A stretch of 64,000 bases of DNA from an uncultured Gammaproteobacteria bacterium (GTDB lineage: Bacteria; Pseudomonadota; Gammaproteobacteria; UBA9214). Below the pieces are notes generated by a model. That model had not been told where the DNA came from, made no database searches, and saw nothing but the letters and a program-made list of their open reading frames with translations. The stretch lies in NCBI GenBank assembly GCA_963773065.1, contig CAVYZN010000032.1, positions 256,001-320,000 on the forward strand. Direction: 5' to 3'. A program made the translations under genes and the position numbers. Shown here piece by piece: positions 49,235 through 58,243 of the stretch; the stretch's first letter is position 1; each line of letters opens with the position of its first letter.

Positions 49235-50206
49235 CTATTCCGTGGCTGGTTCCTTGTGATGCATCGCCATGGACATCACCGCCATGCGCACGGCGATTCC
49301 GTGGGTTACCTGGGCCAGGATAACCGAGTGGGGCCCGTCGGCAACCTCGGAGTCCATTTCAACCCCGCGGTTGATCGGCCCCGGATGCATGATGGTCACA
49401 TCAGGTTTGGCGACAGCCAGCTTTTTTTCCGTTAGCCCGAACAGCTCGTAATATTCATGCTCGCTTGGCAGCATGGCGCCCTGCATGCGCTCGCGCTGCA
49501 GGCGCAGCATGATGATGACATCGGCGCCTTCGATCCCCTTGCGCAGTTCATGAGAGACATGCACACCGAGCGACTCCGCGTGGGCCGGGGTGAGCGTCTT
49601 CGGGGCGACGATGCGAATTTCACCGGTGTTCAGCAGATTCAGGGCATGGATCTGGGAGCGCGCGACACGCGAATGCATGATGTCCCCCACGATGGCGACA
49701 CGCAGGCGTCCAAAATCCGCCCCCTTGACGCGGCGGATGGTGAACACGTCCAGCAAGGCCTGGGTGGGGTGGGCGTGCCGGCCGTCGCCGGCATTGATGA
49801 CGCTGACGTGTGGCGCGACGTGTTCCGCGATGAAGTGCGCGGCTCCGCTGTCGGCATGCCGGACCACAAACATATCCACATGCATGGCCTCCAGGTTGCG
49901 CAGAGTGTCCAGCAGCGTTTCGCCCTTGACCGTGCTGGACTGGGTGATGTTGATGTTGAGCACATCCGCGGAAAGCCGCTTGGCGGCCAACTCGAAGGTA
50001 GTGCGCGTGCGGGTGCTGGCTTCGAAAAAGAGATTGACGATGGTTTTGCCGCGCAGCAGCGGAACCTTCTTGACGGTTTGCTCGGTCACCCCGGAAAACG
50101 ATTCGGCCGCATCGAGGATGTCGGTCAACAGCTTGCGGTTCAGGCCCTCGATGGACAGGAAGTGGCGCAGCCGCCCGTGCCTGTCGATTTGCCGGTTGTT
50201 GTTCAT
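49235..50206 (-). CDS. pyrB: Aspartate carbamoyltransferase catalytic subunit
   Basis: [38 protein letters not shown]. Confidence 0.97.
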   Translation of the reverse strand: MNNNRQIDRHGRLRHFLSIEGLNRKLLTDILDAAESFSGVTEQTVKKVPLLRGKTIVNLFFEASTRTRTTFELAAKRLSADVLNINITQSSTVKGETLLDTLRNLEAMHVDMFVVRHADSGAAHFIAEHVAPHVSVINAGDGRHAHPTQALLDVFTIRRVKGADFGRLRVAIVGDIMHSRVARSQIHALNLLNTGEIRIVAPKTLTPAHAESLGVHVSHELRKGIEGADVIIMLRLQRERMQGAMLPSEHEYYELFGLTEKKLAVAKPDVTIMHPGPINRGVEMDSEVADGPHSVILAQVTHGIAVRMAVMSMAMHHKEPATE

Positions 50207-50709
50207 GGGATCTGCTTTATTTCCAGCTTCAACGGGTCCGGCCCGAGCAGCTTGATGTGTTGCCGGGGCGTCAGCCTGACATGACTGCCGACCACGTTGG
50301 CCTGGATAGGCAGTTCACGTCCATCGCGTTCGACCAGCGTGGCGAGCAGGATGGATGCGGGGCGTCCATAGTCAAAGAGCTCGTTCATGGCGGCGCGTAT
50401 GGTGCGTCCGGTATGCAGGACGTCGTCAACCAGGATGATGTGACGGTCGTCAATACTGAACGGCAACTGGGAGGGGCGTACTACCGGGTTCATCCCGAGG
50501 CGGGTGAAGTCGTCGCGGTAAAACGAGATGTCCAGGCTCCCGAGCGGACTGCTGATATTGAGTTGTTCTTGCAGCCTTGCGGCCACCCAGACGCCGCCGG
50601 TATGAATTCCGACCATGGCAGGATTGCTGTGTCCGGTCTGCTCGATCAGGCTAACGAGATCGCTGGCCATGCGCTTGATAATGCCGGGTATGTTCTCAAG
50701 ATCGCTCAT
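50203..50709 (-). CDS. pyrR: PyrR regulator / uracil phosphoribosyltransferase
   Basis: [36 protein letters not shown]; appears in frame with ruvX. Confidence 0.93.
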   Translation of the reverse strand: MSDLENIPGIIKRMASDLVSLIEQTGHSNPAMVGIHTGGVWVAARLQEQLNISSPLGSLDISFYRDDFTRLGMNPVVRPSQLPFSIDDRHIILVDDVLHTGRTIRAAMNELFDYGRPASILLATLVERDGRELPIQANVVGSHVRLTPRQHIKLLGPDPLKLEIKQIP

Positions 50710-51111
50710 TTTCGATTCCAGCCAGTTCTGCAGGATTATGCACGCCGCTACCGCGTCGATGCCTTTGACTTCCAGTTCATGTTGCCGGCGGCCCTCAAGC
50801 TGTCTGGCAGCATGTGAACTCAGTCTCTCATCCATGGTGTACACGGGTAGTTTAAACCGGTCTTCGAGCTGGCGTACAAAGCGTTTAACGGTGTGGGTGA
50901 ACTCCGATTCGCTGCCGTCCGCGTGCAGGGGAAGACCGACAAGCAGCGCATCCGGCTGCCATGTCTTTATGTATACCGCGATCATCTCCCAGTCAGGTTT
51001 GCCGTTGCGTGCACGGACTGTCCCGAGTGCCGAGGCAGTGCCGGTTACCTCCTGTCCTACGGCGACGCCGATGCGCTGCAGGCCAAAATCAAAACCGAGC
51101 AATGTCCGCAA
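50706..51111 (-). CDS. ruvX: Holliday-junction-resolvase-like / pre-16S nuclease RuvX (YqgF)
   Basis: LGFDFG..RIGVAVG, VGLP, DERLSS, IDAVAACIIL; TTG start. Confidence 0.92.
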
Positions 51112-51161
51112 TATGATGGGCCGGCGGGCTGTTCGATGGCAGACTGTGGTATGGAGCGTTA

Positions 51162-51725
51162 TCAGGCATGGCCCGCTTCGCCGGATAACAGCTTGAGATT
51201 AACGCCGATCAACGCCGCGGCGGCTTCCCAGCGTTGTTCATAGGGGATATCGAAAACGATTCGTGTACTGGCCGGGCCACTCAGCCAGGCGTTGGCGGCA
51301 ATTTCCTGTTCCAGTTGGCCCGGCCCCCAGCCGGCATATCCCAGCGTGATGAATGACTTTTCTGGTCCCGTGCCGCAGGCGATGGCCTCGAGAATATCGC
51401 GTGATGACGTCACCCCGGTGTTCTCGGTCACCTTAAGGGTTGAGTCCCAGTTTCCAAGCGGCTCGTGCAGTACAAAGCCACGGTCTCCCTGAACCGGGCC
51501 ACCCATGTAGACGGGTTGTGCGGCGATGGTCCCGGAACTTGCCTTGATATCCATATGATCGAGGATGTCACCGAGGTTTATCCCCAAAGGGCGGTTGATG
51601 ATGATACCCAGGGCACCGTCTTCATTGTGTTCGCAGATCAGCGTGGCGGTGTGATGAAAGTTGGGGTCGGACAATGACGGCATCGCGATGATGAAATGAT
51701 TGTTAAGTGATTCAACGGTGCCCAT
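51162..51725 (-). CDS. yqgE: YqgE/AlgH family protein
   Basis: IAMPSLSDPNF, CEHNEDGALG, GGPVQ, LGYAGW..GQLE, NAWL, GEAGHA. Confidence 0.95.
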   Translation of the reverse strand: MGTVESLNNHFIIAMPSLSDPNFHHTATLICEHNEDGALGIIINRPLGINLGDILDHMDIKASSGTIAAQPVYMGGPVQGDRGFVLHEPLGNWDSTLKVTENTGVTSSRDILEAIACGTGPEKSFITLGYAGWGPGQLEQEIAANAWLSGPASTRIVFDIPYEQRWEAAAALIGVNLKLLSGEAGHA

Positions 51726-51795
51726 GGCTATAGTATCCTGCAGAGAGGTGACCTCCATCAAGTCTTGCAGCCATGATGGCACACATCGCCGGCGA

Positions 51796-52653
51796 TTAAT
51801 GGCTTTGCAGGTGGTAGGAGGTGGAGAATTCCCAGGTGCGGGTGATATGCAGGACATCGGCTTCCTTGCGAATCTCGGGTGGAAAGGGTGGGAAGGGTCC
51901 CGCCAGGTTGACAATCCGGATCGCGGCTTCATCGAGAACGGCGTGACCGGAGGGGCGTAACACATTGATATGGCCTACGGTACCGTCTGGATTCAGGGCC
52001 ACGTCCAGCAGCAGCTTGCCGGATATGCCTTCACGGCGGGCCGCATCCGGGTAGTTGAGGTTTCCCACCCGCTCAACCTTCTTGACCCACTCGATCATGT
52101 AGTTGGCATATTTAAACTCCTGTGTGCGCGCCGAGACATAGATCTGCTTGGGCTGCTTGGCATAGGCCTGTAGGGATTCGTTGACCTGCTCGCTGAGATT
52201 GACCATTTCCATGCTGCGTTCGATCAGTTCGATGGCGGACGGATCCTTCGGGTCAGTTTCGGGGAGGGTGGTGGATTCCTGGGCGATCTTTCTGCTGGAA
52301 AGTTCCGCTGTCAGTACCTGGGTGGGCGTAGGAACCGGCTGTTGCGGGACGACCGCCGGTGCCTGCTCCTGCAGGTCTTGCTGCGGGCGCACCTTCTCGG
52401 TGACATTGCCGCCGCCGTCCTGACTGGTCTGCGCCAGGTATTCGGCCTCATCCGGTGGCGGAGTTTCGCGGTTGGAGATGGTGATGTCCAGGGTCTGCGG
52501 ATTGTTCTCCGGCGGTGTGAGTATGTCAGCGCCGAAGGTGATTCCCAGGATGACCATGGCATGCAATACGACGGCGAAGAACAGGGCCAACGCCATCCGG
52601 TCAGTCGTGGTAACCGGGCTGTTTTCCAGTGATGGTTCGGTCACGCCTTGCAT
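51796..52653 (-). CDS. tonB: TonB-family energy transducer (TonB3-like)
   Basis: TM AVVLHA; YLAQTSQDGGG; W..KVERVGNLNYP; SG..VLDEAA; PFPPFP; ITRTW. Confidence 0.88.
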   Translation of the reverse strand: MQGVTEPSLENSPVTTTDRMALALFFAVVLHAMVILGITFGADILTPPENNPQTLDITISNRETPPPDEAEYLAQTSQDGGGNVTEKVRPQQDLQEQAPAVVPQQPVPTPTQVLTAELSSRKIAQESTTLPETDPKDPSAIELIERSMEMVNLSEQVNESLQAYAKQPKQIYVSARTQEFKYANYMIEWVKKVERVGNLNYPDAARREGISGKLLLDVALNPDGTVGHINVLRPSGHAVLDEAAIRIVNLAGPFPPFPPEIRKEADVLHITRTWEFSTSYHLQSH

Positions 52654-52815
52654 TGCACGTACTCGCCTGCCATTGCATCCGGAATCATGCCGCCGATAGT
52701 CTACCGTACCGTGTGCAGCCGTCATCAGAAACGCGGCCGGGTCTCGCCTACCGCGGTTGCCCTCAGGCGCGGATTCCGGGAGGCTGTGGTCATGACGGGT
52801 CCCCGAAGGGGGCGG

Positions 52816-53316
52816 TCAGAGGCATTCATCCGACTTCGGGTACTTCTCCTTGACCTGATGGATTAATGCATCGATTACAGACTGTTCGGCGTCATTTCCC
52901 TGGCGTGCCTTGTAGGCCGCGTCGAGCTGATCGCCTACACTGGGATATTCCGCCCTGCGCAGCGAGGCGTAATTCTTGCCCGGTTCGTCATGACTGACCT
53001 TTGCCAGGGCATTGAGGAGCTGCTCACGCGTGGGTTGCGGTGCCGCGCCATGCCATTCGGCGAGATAGGGCGCTTCGCCGGGGTTGTCATGCTTGATCAC
53101 GTAATCGACGCCGGCGTGCGCGGTTGGTTGCAGCAAATGCATGGCGCGACAGAGATCACGGGCGCTGTCATCGTGCCTCAGCAGGCTCTGCTGCTGTGCG
53201 ACATGCTGCAGTTGTGTGTGTATCCTGCGTGTGTTTTGCCAGAGGATGAAAATCCAGACGCACACGCCCAGAAGAATAAAACTGAATATCCCCAGTGTTC
53301 CTTCGTCTAAGATCAT
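52816..53316 (-). CDS. Membrane-anchored XkdW-like / phage tail-fibre-assembly-like protein (166 aa)
   Basis: N-terminal TM; AMHLLQPTAHAGVDYVIKHDNPGEAPYLAEWHGAAPQPTREQL (XkdW-like); YASLRRAEYPSVGDQLDA...VKEKYPK (phage tail-associated motif). Confidence 0.72.
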   Translation of the reverse strand: MILDEGTLGIFSFILLGVCVWIFILWQNTRRIHTQLQHVAQQQSLLRHDDSARDLCRAMHLLQPTAHAGVDYVIKHDNPGEAPYLAEWHGAAPQPTREQLLNALAKVSHDEPGKNYASLRRAEYPSVGDQLDAAYKARQGNDAEQSVIDALIHQVKEKYPKSDECL

Positions 53317-53395
53317 AGCCGGTTTAACCCCTTGAACATCGATGTGTGCGGATATTGTAACAACTAACCAAGCCGCTGGAACACCATTTCCAATG

Positions 53396-54382
53396 CTATC
53401 GGGAGAATTGGTGTCTTGATCCATCGTCAATTCGGGTCATCAGGCGTATTTCGATGGCGTCCATCAACTGGCCGGCAATATCCGTTTCATACAGGGTATC
53501 GAGTTCGCGAATACAGGTCGGACTGGTTATGTTGATTTCGGTCAGATACTCGCCTATTACGTCCAGTCCGACAAACAGCAGGCCCATCTCGCGCAGGGCC
53601 GGGCTCACTTGTGCGCAGATCCATCGGTCCCGCTCGGTGAGTTCCACGCCCTTGCCGGTTCCGCCGGCGGCCAGATTGCCGCGTGACTCACCGGGTGCCG
53701 GAATGCGCGCCAGCGCATAGGGAAAGGGTTCGCCGTCAACCAGCAGTATGCGTTTGTCGCCCTGGGTAATTTCGGGTAGGTAGCGCTGCGCCATGGTGGA
53801 GCGGCGACCATTGTCGGTGATGGTTTCCAGTATGACATTGAGATTGGGGTCATCATGCCGGATTCGGAATACGGAAGCACCGCCCATGCTGTTTAGCGGT
53901 TTCACGACAATATCCCGGTATTCGTCGAGAAAAGTTTTCAGGCGCTGCCTATCGCGGCTGACCAGGGTAGGCGGGCAACATTGCGCGAACCAGGCCGTGT
54001 AGAGTTTTTCGCTGACGTTGCGCAACGCCACCGGCCGGTTGACGACCAGTACACCCTCGGCCTCGGCCCGTTCCAACAGGAAGGTGGAATACAGATATTC
54101 CATGTCAACCGGAGGATCCTTGCGCATCAGAACCACATCCAGTGTCGCGAGCGGGTGTGACTGGCGGTCAAGGCGCTCGAACCACTGCTGTTTGTCATCG
54201 CTTACCGTCAGACGGCTCATTTCGGCATGACAGTGGCTGTCCCGCAGGAAAAGATCAGCCTGTTCCATGTAATAGAGTTCCCAGCCGCGCGCCTGGGCCG
54301 AGAGGAGCATGGCCAGCGTGCTGTCCTTGTACGCATGGATGGACTCGATGGGGTCCATTACGACGCCTAGCTTGATGGTCAT
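53396..54382 (-). CDS. gshB: Glutathione synthetase
   Basis: VMDPIESI..KDST, MRKDPP, EKLY, GDKRI, RGNLAAGG, EINITSPTC. Confidence 0.97.
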   Translation of the reverse strand: MTIKLGVVMDPIESIHAYKDSTLAMLLSAQARGWELYYMEQADLFLRDSHCHAEMSRLTVSDDKQQWFERLDRQSHPLATLDVVLMRKDPPVDMEYLYSTFLLERAEAEGVLVVNRPVALRNVSEKLYTAWFAQCCPPTLVSRDRQRLKTFLDEYRDIVVKPLNSMGGASVFRIRHDDPNLNVILETITDNGRRSTMAQRYLPEITQGDKRILLVDGEPFPYALARIPAPGESRGNLAAGGTGKGVELTERDRWICAQVSPALREMGLLFVGLDVIGEYLTEINITSPTCIRELDTLYETDIAGQLMDAIEIRLMTRIDDGSRHQFSR

Positions 54383-54584
54383 GTGTAGTCGTCTCCCGAG
54401 TGCGGGTCCAGGCGATGGCAGATAAAGTTTGCCTTAGGGTGGACGATAACTCGCTGTAGTTGAAGGTCAATACTAAATTAATTTATCTGCCGTGCGTAAC
54501 TGAGGACGGACAACAGGCCGCAATCCTTGATAGCTCGTGCGGTAGGCTGGATCAAAATATTGCAGAAACATATGGATAGAAAAT

Positions 54585-55082
54585 ATGCATGGTGGCGTTG
54601 AAACGATCGATATCGAGACTGGCCTGGACCAGGCGGATGGCGTCGTTGCCGGCCGGAATGCGGGCAGGGGATATCGGGTGATGGTGATCGATGACAGCAA
54701 GACCATACGACGAACCGCGGAGACGCTGCTCAGGAAGGAGGGTATCACCGTGCTTACCGCGGTGGACGGTTTCGAGGCGCTTGGCAAAATTGCCGATTAT
54801 CGGCCGGACTTGATTTTCCTGGACATCATGATGCCGCGTCTCGACGGATACCAGACGTGCGCATTGATCAAGCACAACCGCGTCTTCAGGAAAACACCGG
54901 TGGTGATGTTGTCCAGCAGGGACGGTCTTTTTGATCGGGCAAGAGGCCGGGTGGTGGGCTCGGATCACTACATCACCAAACCGTTTACGAAGGAAGATTT
55001 ACTGACTGTCATAGCGCAGTATCGGCAAGTGCATGGGATAACTGCAGCCACGCATGTCGTGGGCAGGAAGCCTATCAATTAA
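54585..55082 (+). CDS. pilG: Twitching motility response regulator PilG (start uncertain)
   Basis: VIDDSKTIRRTAETLL, DIMMPRLDGYQTCALIK, DGLFDRARGRVVGS; divergent from gshB. Confidence 0.94.
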   Translation: MHGGVETIDIETGLDQADGVVAGRNAGRGYRVMVIDDSKTIRRTAETLLRKEGITVLTAVDGFEALGKIADYRPDLIFLDIMMPRLDGYQTCALIKHNRVFRKTPVVMLSSRDGLFDRARGRVVGSDHYITKPFTKEDLLTVIAQYRQVHGITAATHVVGRKPIN

Positions 55083-55098
55083 TAACGAGGGTGTGGCA

Positions 55099-55464
55099 AT
55101 GACGCAGATTATGATCGTTGATGATTCGCCTACGGATGCACATCTGCTGCAGAAGATGCTGGAAAAGTATGGTTACCAGACCCTGACGGCCGAGAATGGC
55201 AGTGAAGGAATCGAGGTGGCCAAACTTATGAAGCCTGATCTCATACTGATGGATGTGGTAATGCCGGGACTGAACGGCTTCCAGGCGACCCGGGAGCTGT
55301 CATCAAATCCCGAGACCGCTTCGATTCCCGTGATTATCGTCACGAGAAAGGACCAGAAGGTGGACCGTGTATGGGGTATGCGCCAGGGGGCGCGTGACTA
55401 TCTCACCAAGCCTGTGAGCGAAAGCGCACTGTTGTCGCTGATAAACGAAGCGCTCGCCAGATAG
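55099..55464 (+). CDS. pilH: Twitching motility response regulator PilH
   Basis: IVDDSPT, MDVVMPGLNGFQATR, DRVWGMRQGA. Confidence 0.94.
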   Translation: MTQIMIVDDSPTDAHLLQKMLEKYGYQTLTAENGSEGIEVAKLMKPDLILMDVVMPGLNGFQATRELSSNPETASIPVIIVTRKDQKVDRVWGMRQGARDYLTKPVSESALLSLINEALAR

Positions 55465-55493
55465 TGTCAATGGCACGGGCAATAACCACCGTA

Positions 55494-56027
55494 ATGACAA
55501 CCGATCCCGTTTCAATCCTGAAGAATATCGAGGACCGTTGCAGGATCGCGGCAACCGGCCTTCCGCAGAAGGCAGAAACCAGGCATCTATGGTCCGGGGT
55601 GGCTTTCCGGATCGGCTACAGCCGGATGGTTGCCTCCTTGGGCGGGGTGGTTGAAATCCTGATATACCCGGAGCTGTCGGTGGTGCCCAATACCCGCTCA
55701 TGGGTGCGCGGTATTGCCAACCTCCGTGGCAAACTGCTCCCGGTGATCGATATGAACGGGTATCTGCATGGTTGTCTGACCTCTATAGGCAAGCGCACCC
55801 GGGTACTGGTAGTGGACTGCGAGGGTGTCTATACAGGTCTGGTCGTGGATGAGGTCATGGGCCTGAAGCATTTTTCCGAGGAAACATTTGTGGCCAAATT
55901 ATCCGGTATTGATGAGGCGTTACGGCCCTATGTAGATCAGGGTTTCTGTGTTGATGGTGAGCATTGGGGAATTTTCAGGCTTTTTAACCTGGTTGAATCG
56001 CCGCAGTTCCAGCATGCCGCTGGATGA
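55494..56027 (+). CDS. pilI: CheW-like PilI (alternative start 55470)
   Basis: WSGVAFRIG, VPNTRSWVRGIANLRG, GLVVDEVMGLKHF. Confidence 0.92.
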   Translation: MTTDPVSILKNIEDRCRIAATGLPQKAETRHLWSGVAFRIGYSRMVASLGGVVEILIYPELSVVPNTRSWVRGIANLRGKLLPVIDMNGYLHGCLTSIGKRTRVLVVDCEGVYTGLVVDEVMGLKHFSEETFVAKLSGIDEALRPYVDQGFCVDGEHWGIFRLFNLVESPQFQHAAG

Positions 56028-56103
56028 GGTGGTAAACCGGGGATGGCGTCGTGAGCGGAAATTACATTCTGGAATCAGAGATAGATCGGTCAGGAGACAG
56101 ACC

Positions 56104-58116
56104 ATGAAAGCAACGTTTGATGTAAAGCTGTTGGGATCCAGTAACTGGATGCGGTTTCTAACCTTCTTGATGGTGTGCGCGGTTTGGGCCATGGTAGGTG
56201 TGCTGGTGCATGTCGGCAATCAGGCCGAGACCGATCAGCGCAGTCTTGAAGCCATTGGTGAACAGCAGGTGCTTTCGCAACGCATCGCCAAATATGCGCT
56301 GGCCGCATCGAGCGGAGATCGTGTGGCTTTTGACCAGCTTGCCCAGGCAAAAGAACGGTTTGTCAGTATTCTTGCCGCGCAGCGTGCGGAATTTGCGCCC
56401 GGGGCGGGAGCGAAAGGCGGCCCCCTGACAGATGCGTTTCTGGCATTCGAGACGAGCTGGGACGGTTTCAGCCGCGGCGTTGACACAGTCCTCAACGGTA
56501 AGGCGCTGATATTGGCCGTGGCCGAAGCGGCAGAGGTCATGAACGAGGTAATGCCCGCCTTGCTTGAGAACAGCGAGGATGTCGTCGGTATCCTGGTGGG
56601 AAACGGAGCCAGTGGTTCCCAGATCAGCCTTGCCAGTCGTCAATCAGTGCTCAGTCAGCGCATCGTGAACAACATTAACAAGATCATGACTGATGAGGAT
56701 ATCAAGGCGGCGGCCGCGGCCTTCGCGGAAGATACCAGCGAGTTTAGCCGCGTGCTCGATGGCATGATTCATGACCGAAATGGCGTGCAGGCGGTGAGTG
56801 ACAAGGCGGCTCAAGCCAAGTTGCATCAGATTGCCTTGCTGTTCGGACGCGTCAGCGACCATGTGGGGGCGGTTGTCGACAATTCCAAGGAATTGGTCAG
56901 CGCACAGGCGGCGGCGAAATCCGTTTCCCTACAGGGTGAGCGGCTTTTCGAGACAACGGATGAATTCAAGGATGCCTACGTCGGAGCCGCGGATAAACGG
57001 CTTGTATCCATGCAACTGGCCTATCTGCTGGGAGCGGTGGCGCTGTTTATCTTGTTCTGGATGAGTTTTGAGACTCTGCGCAGCCAGAAACGCCGCAGCA
57101 AGGTCATCGAGGATGAGAACACGCGGAACCAGGAAGCCATCATGCGTTTGCTGGACGAGATGGGTGATCTGGCCGAGGGTGATCTGACAGTGCGGGCCAC
57201 GGTGACCGAGGACTTTACGGGTTCGATTGCCGACTCGATCAACGTTACTGTCGACTCTCTGCGAGGTCTGGTCAAGACCATAAACATTACCTCGAGACAG
57301 TTGTCTACGGCGGTACATGAGACGGAGGAAATCGCCCAGCAGCTCTCTAAGGCGAGTGAGAAGCAGTTGAACGACATAGCCAGTACCAGCTCTGCGATAA
57401 ATGCCATGACCTATTCTCTGGACGAGGTCTCGGAAAATGCCAGCGAGTCGTCCAAGGTGGCTATGGGCTCGGTCCAGATCGCCAAGAATGGCGGTAACGC
57501 CGTGAAACGCACGATGGAGGGTATGGGTACGATCCGCGAGCATATCCAGGAAACATCCAAACGCATCAAGCGGCTCGGTGAAAGCTCCCAGGAAATCGGC
57601 GACATCGTTGAACTTATCAACGATATCGCCGAGCAGACGAACATACTGGCTTTGAATGCCTCCATTCAGGCAGCCATGGCCGGAGAGGCGGGACGTGGTT
57701 TTGCGGTTGTGGCGGATGAAGTGCAGCGCCTGGCAGAACGTTCCGCAAACGCGACCAAGCAGATTGAGGCACTGGTCAAGGCAATTCAGGCGGATACCAA
57801 CGAGGCGGTCATCTCGATGGAGAAGAGCACCTCGGGTGTGGTGAATGGCACCCGGCTGGCTGAGGATGCCGGCGGCGCGCTGGAGGAGATCGAAAGCGTA
57901 TCCGAGCAGCTCGCCAGTCTGATTCAGACCATCTCGGGTGCCGCGAGGCAACAGACGGCGGCGGCGGCAGAGATATCGAAAACCATGAATGGTATTCAGG
58001 ATGTGACGACGCAAACCGCCGCCGGTACGCAACGTACGTCACAATCCATCGGTAACCTGGCACGACTGGCGCAGGATCTCGATAAATCCGTTGCGGGTTT
58101 CAAACTGCCGCATTGA
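56104..58116 (+). CDS. pilJ: Methyl-accepting chemoreceptor PilJ
   Basis: Two TM segments; NQEAIMRLLDEM; IAEQTNILALNASIQAAMAGEAGRGFAVVADEV; SD AGGAG. Confidence 0.95.
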   Translation: MKATFDVKLLGSSNWMRFLTFLMVCAVWAMVGVLVHVGNQAETDQRSLEAIGEQQVLSQRIAKYALAASSGDRVAFDQLAQAKERFVSILAAQRAEFAPGAGAKGGPLTDAFLAFETSWDGFSRGVDTVLNGKALILAVAEAAEVMNEVMPALLENSEDVVGILVGNGASGSQISLASRQSVLSQRIVNNINKIMTDEDIKAAAAAFAEDTSEFSRVLDGMIHDRNGVQAVSDKAAQAKLHQIALLFGRVSDHVGAVVDNSKELVSAQAAAKSVSLQGERLFETTDEFKDAYVGAADKRLVSMQLAYLLGAVALFILFWMSFETLRSQKRRSKVIEDENTRNQEAIMRLLDEMGDLAEGDLTVRATVTEDFTGSIADSINVTVDSLRGLVKTINITSRQLSTAVHETEEIAQQLSKASEKQLNDIASTSSAINAMTYSLDEVSENASESSKVAMGSVQIAKNGGNAVKRTMEGMGTIREHIQETSKRIKRLGESSQEIGDIVELINDIAEQTNILALNASIQAAMAGEAGRGFAVVADEVQRLAERSANATKQIEALVKAIQADTNEAVISMEKSTSGVVNGTRLAEDAGGALEEIESVSEQLASLIQTISGAARQQTAAAAEISKTMNGIQDVTTQTAAGTQRTSQSIGNLARLAQDLDKSVAGFKLPH

Positions 58117-58243
58117 CCTCGTGATGTCCTTGCCTGTTAAACAGGCGGGCTGCGATCTCCTTGCATTGAGGGTTTGCATTATTGTTCACCAGGTGTGCCG
58201 GTGGTCTCCAGGCTAGGGACTACGGGAGAGGCTGACGGGAAAA

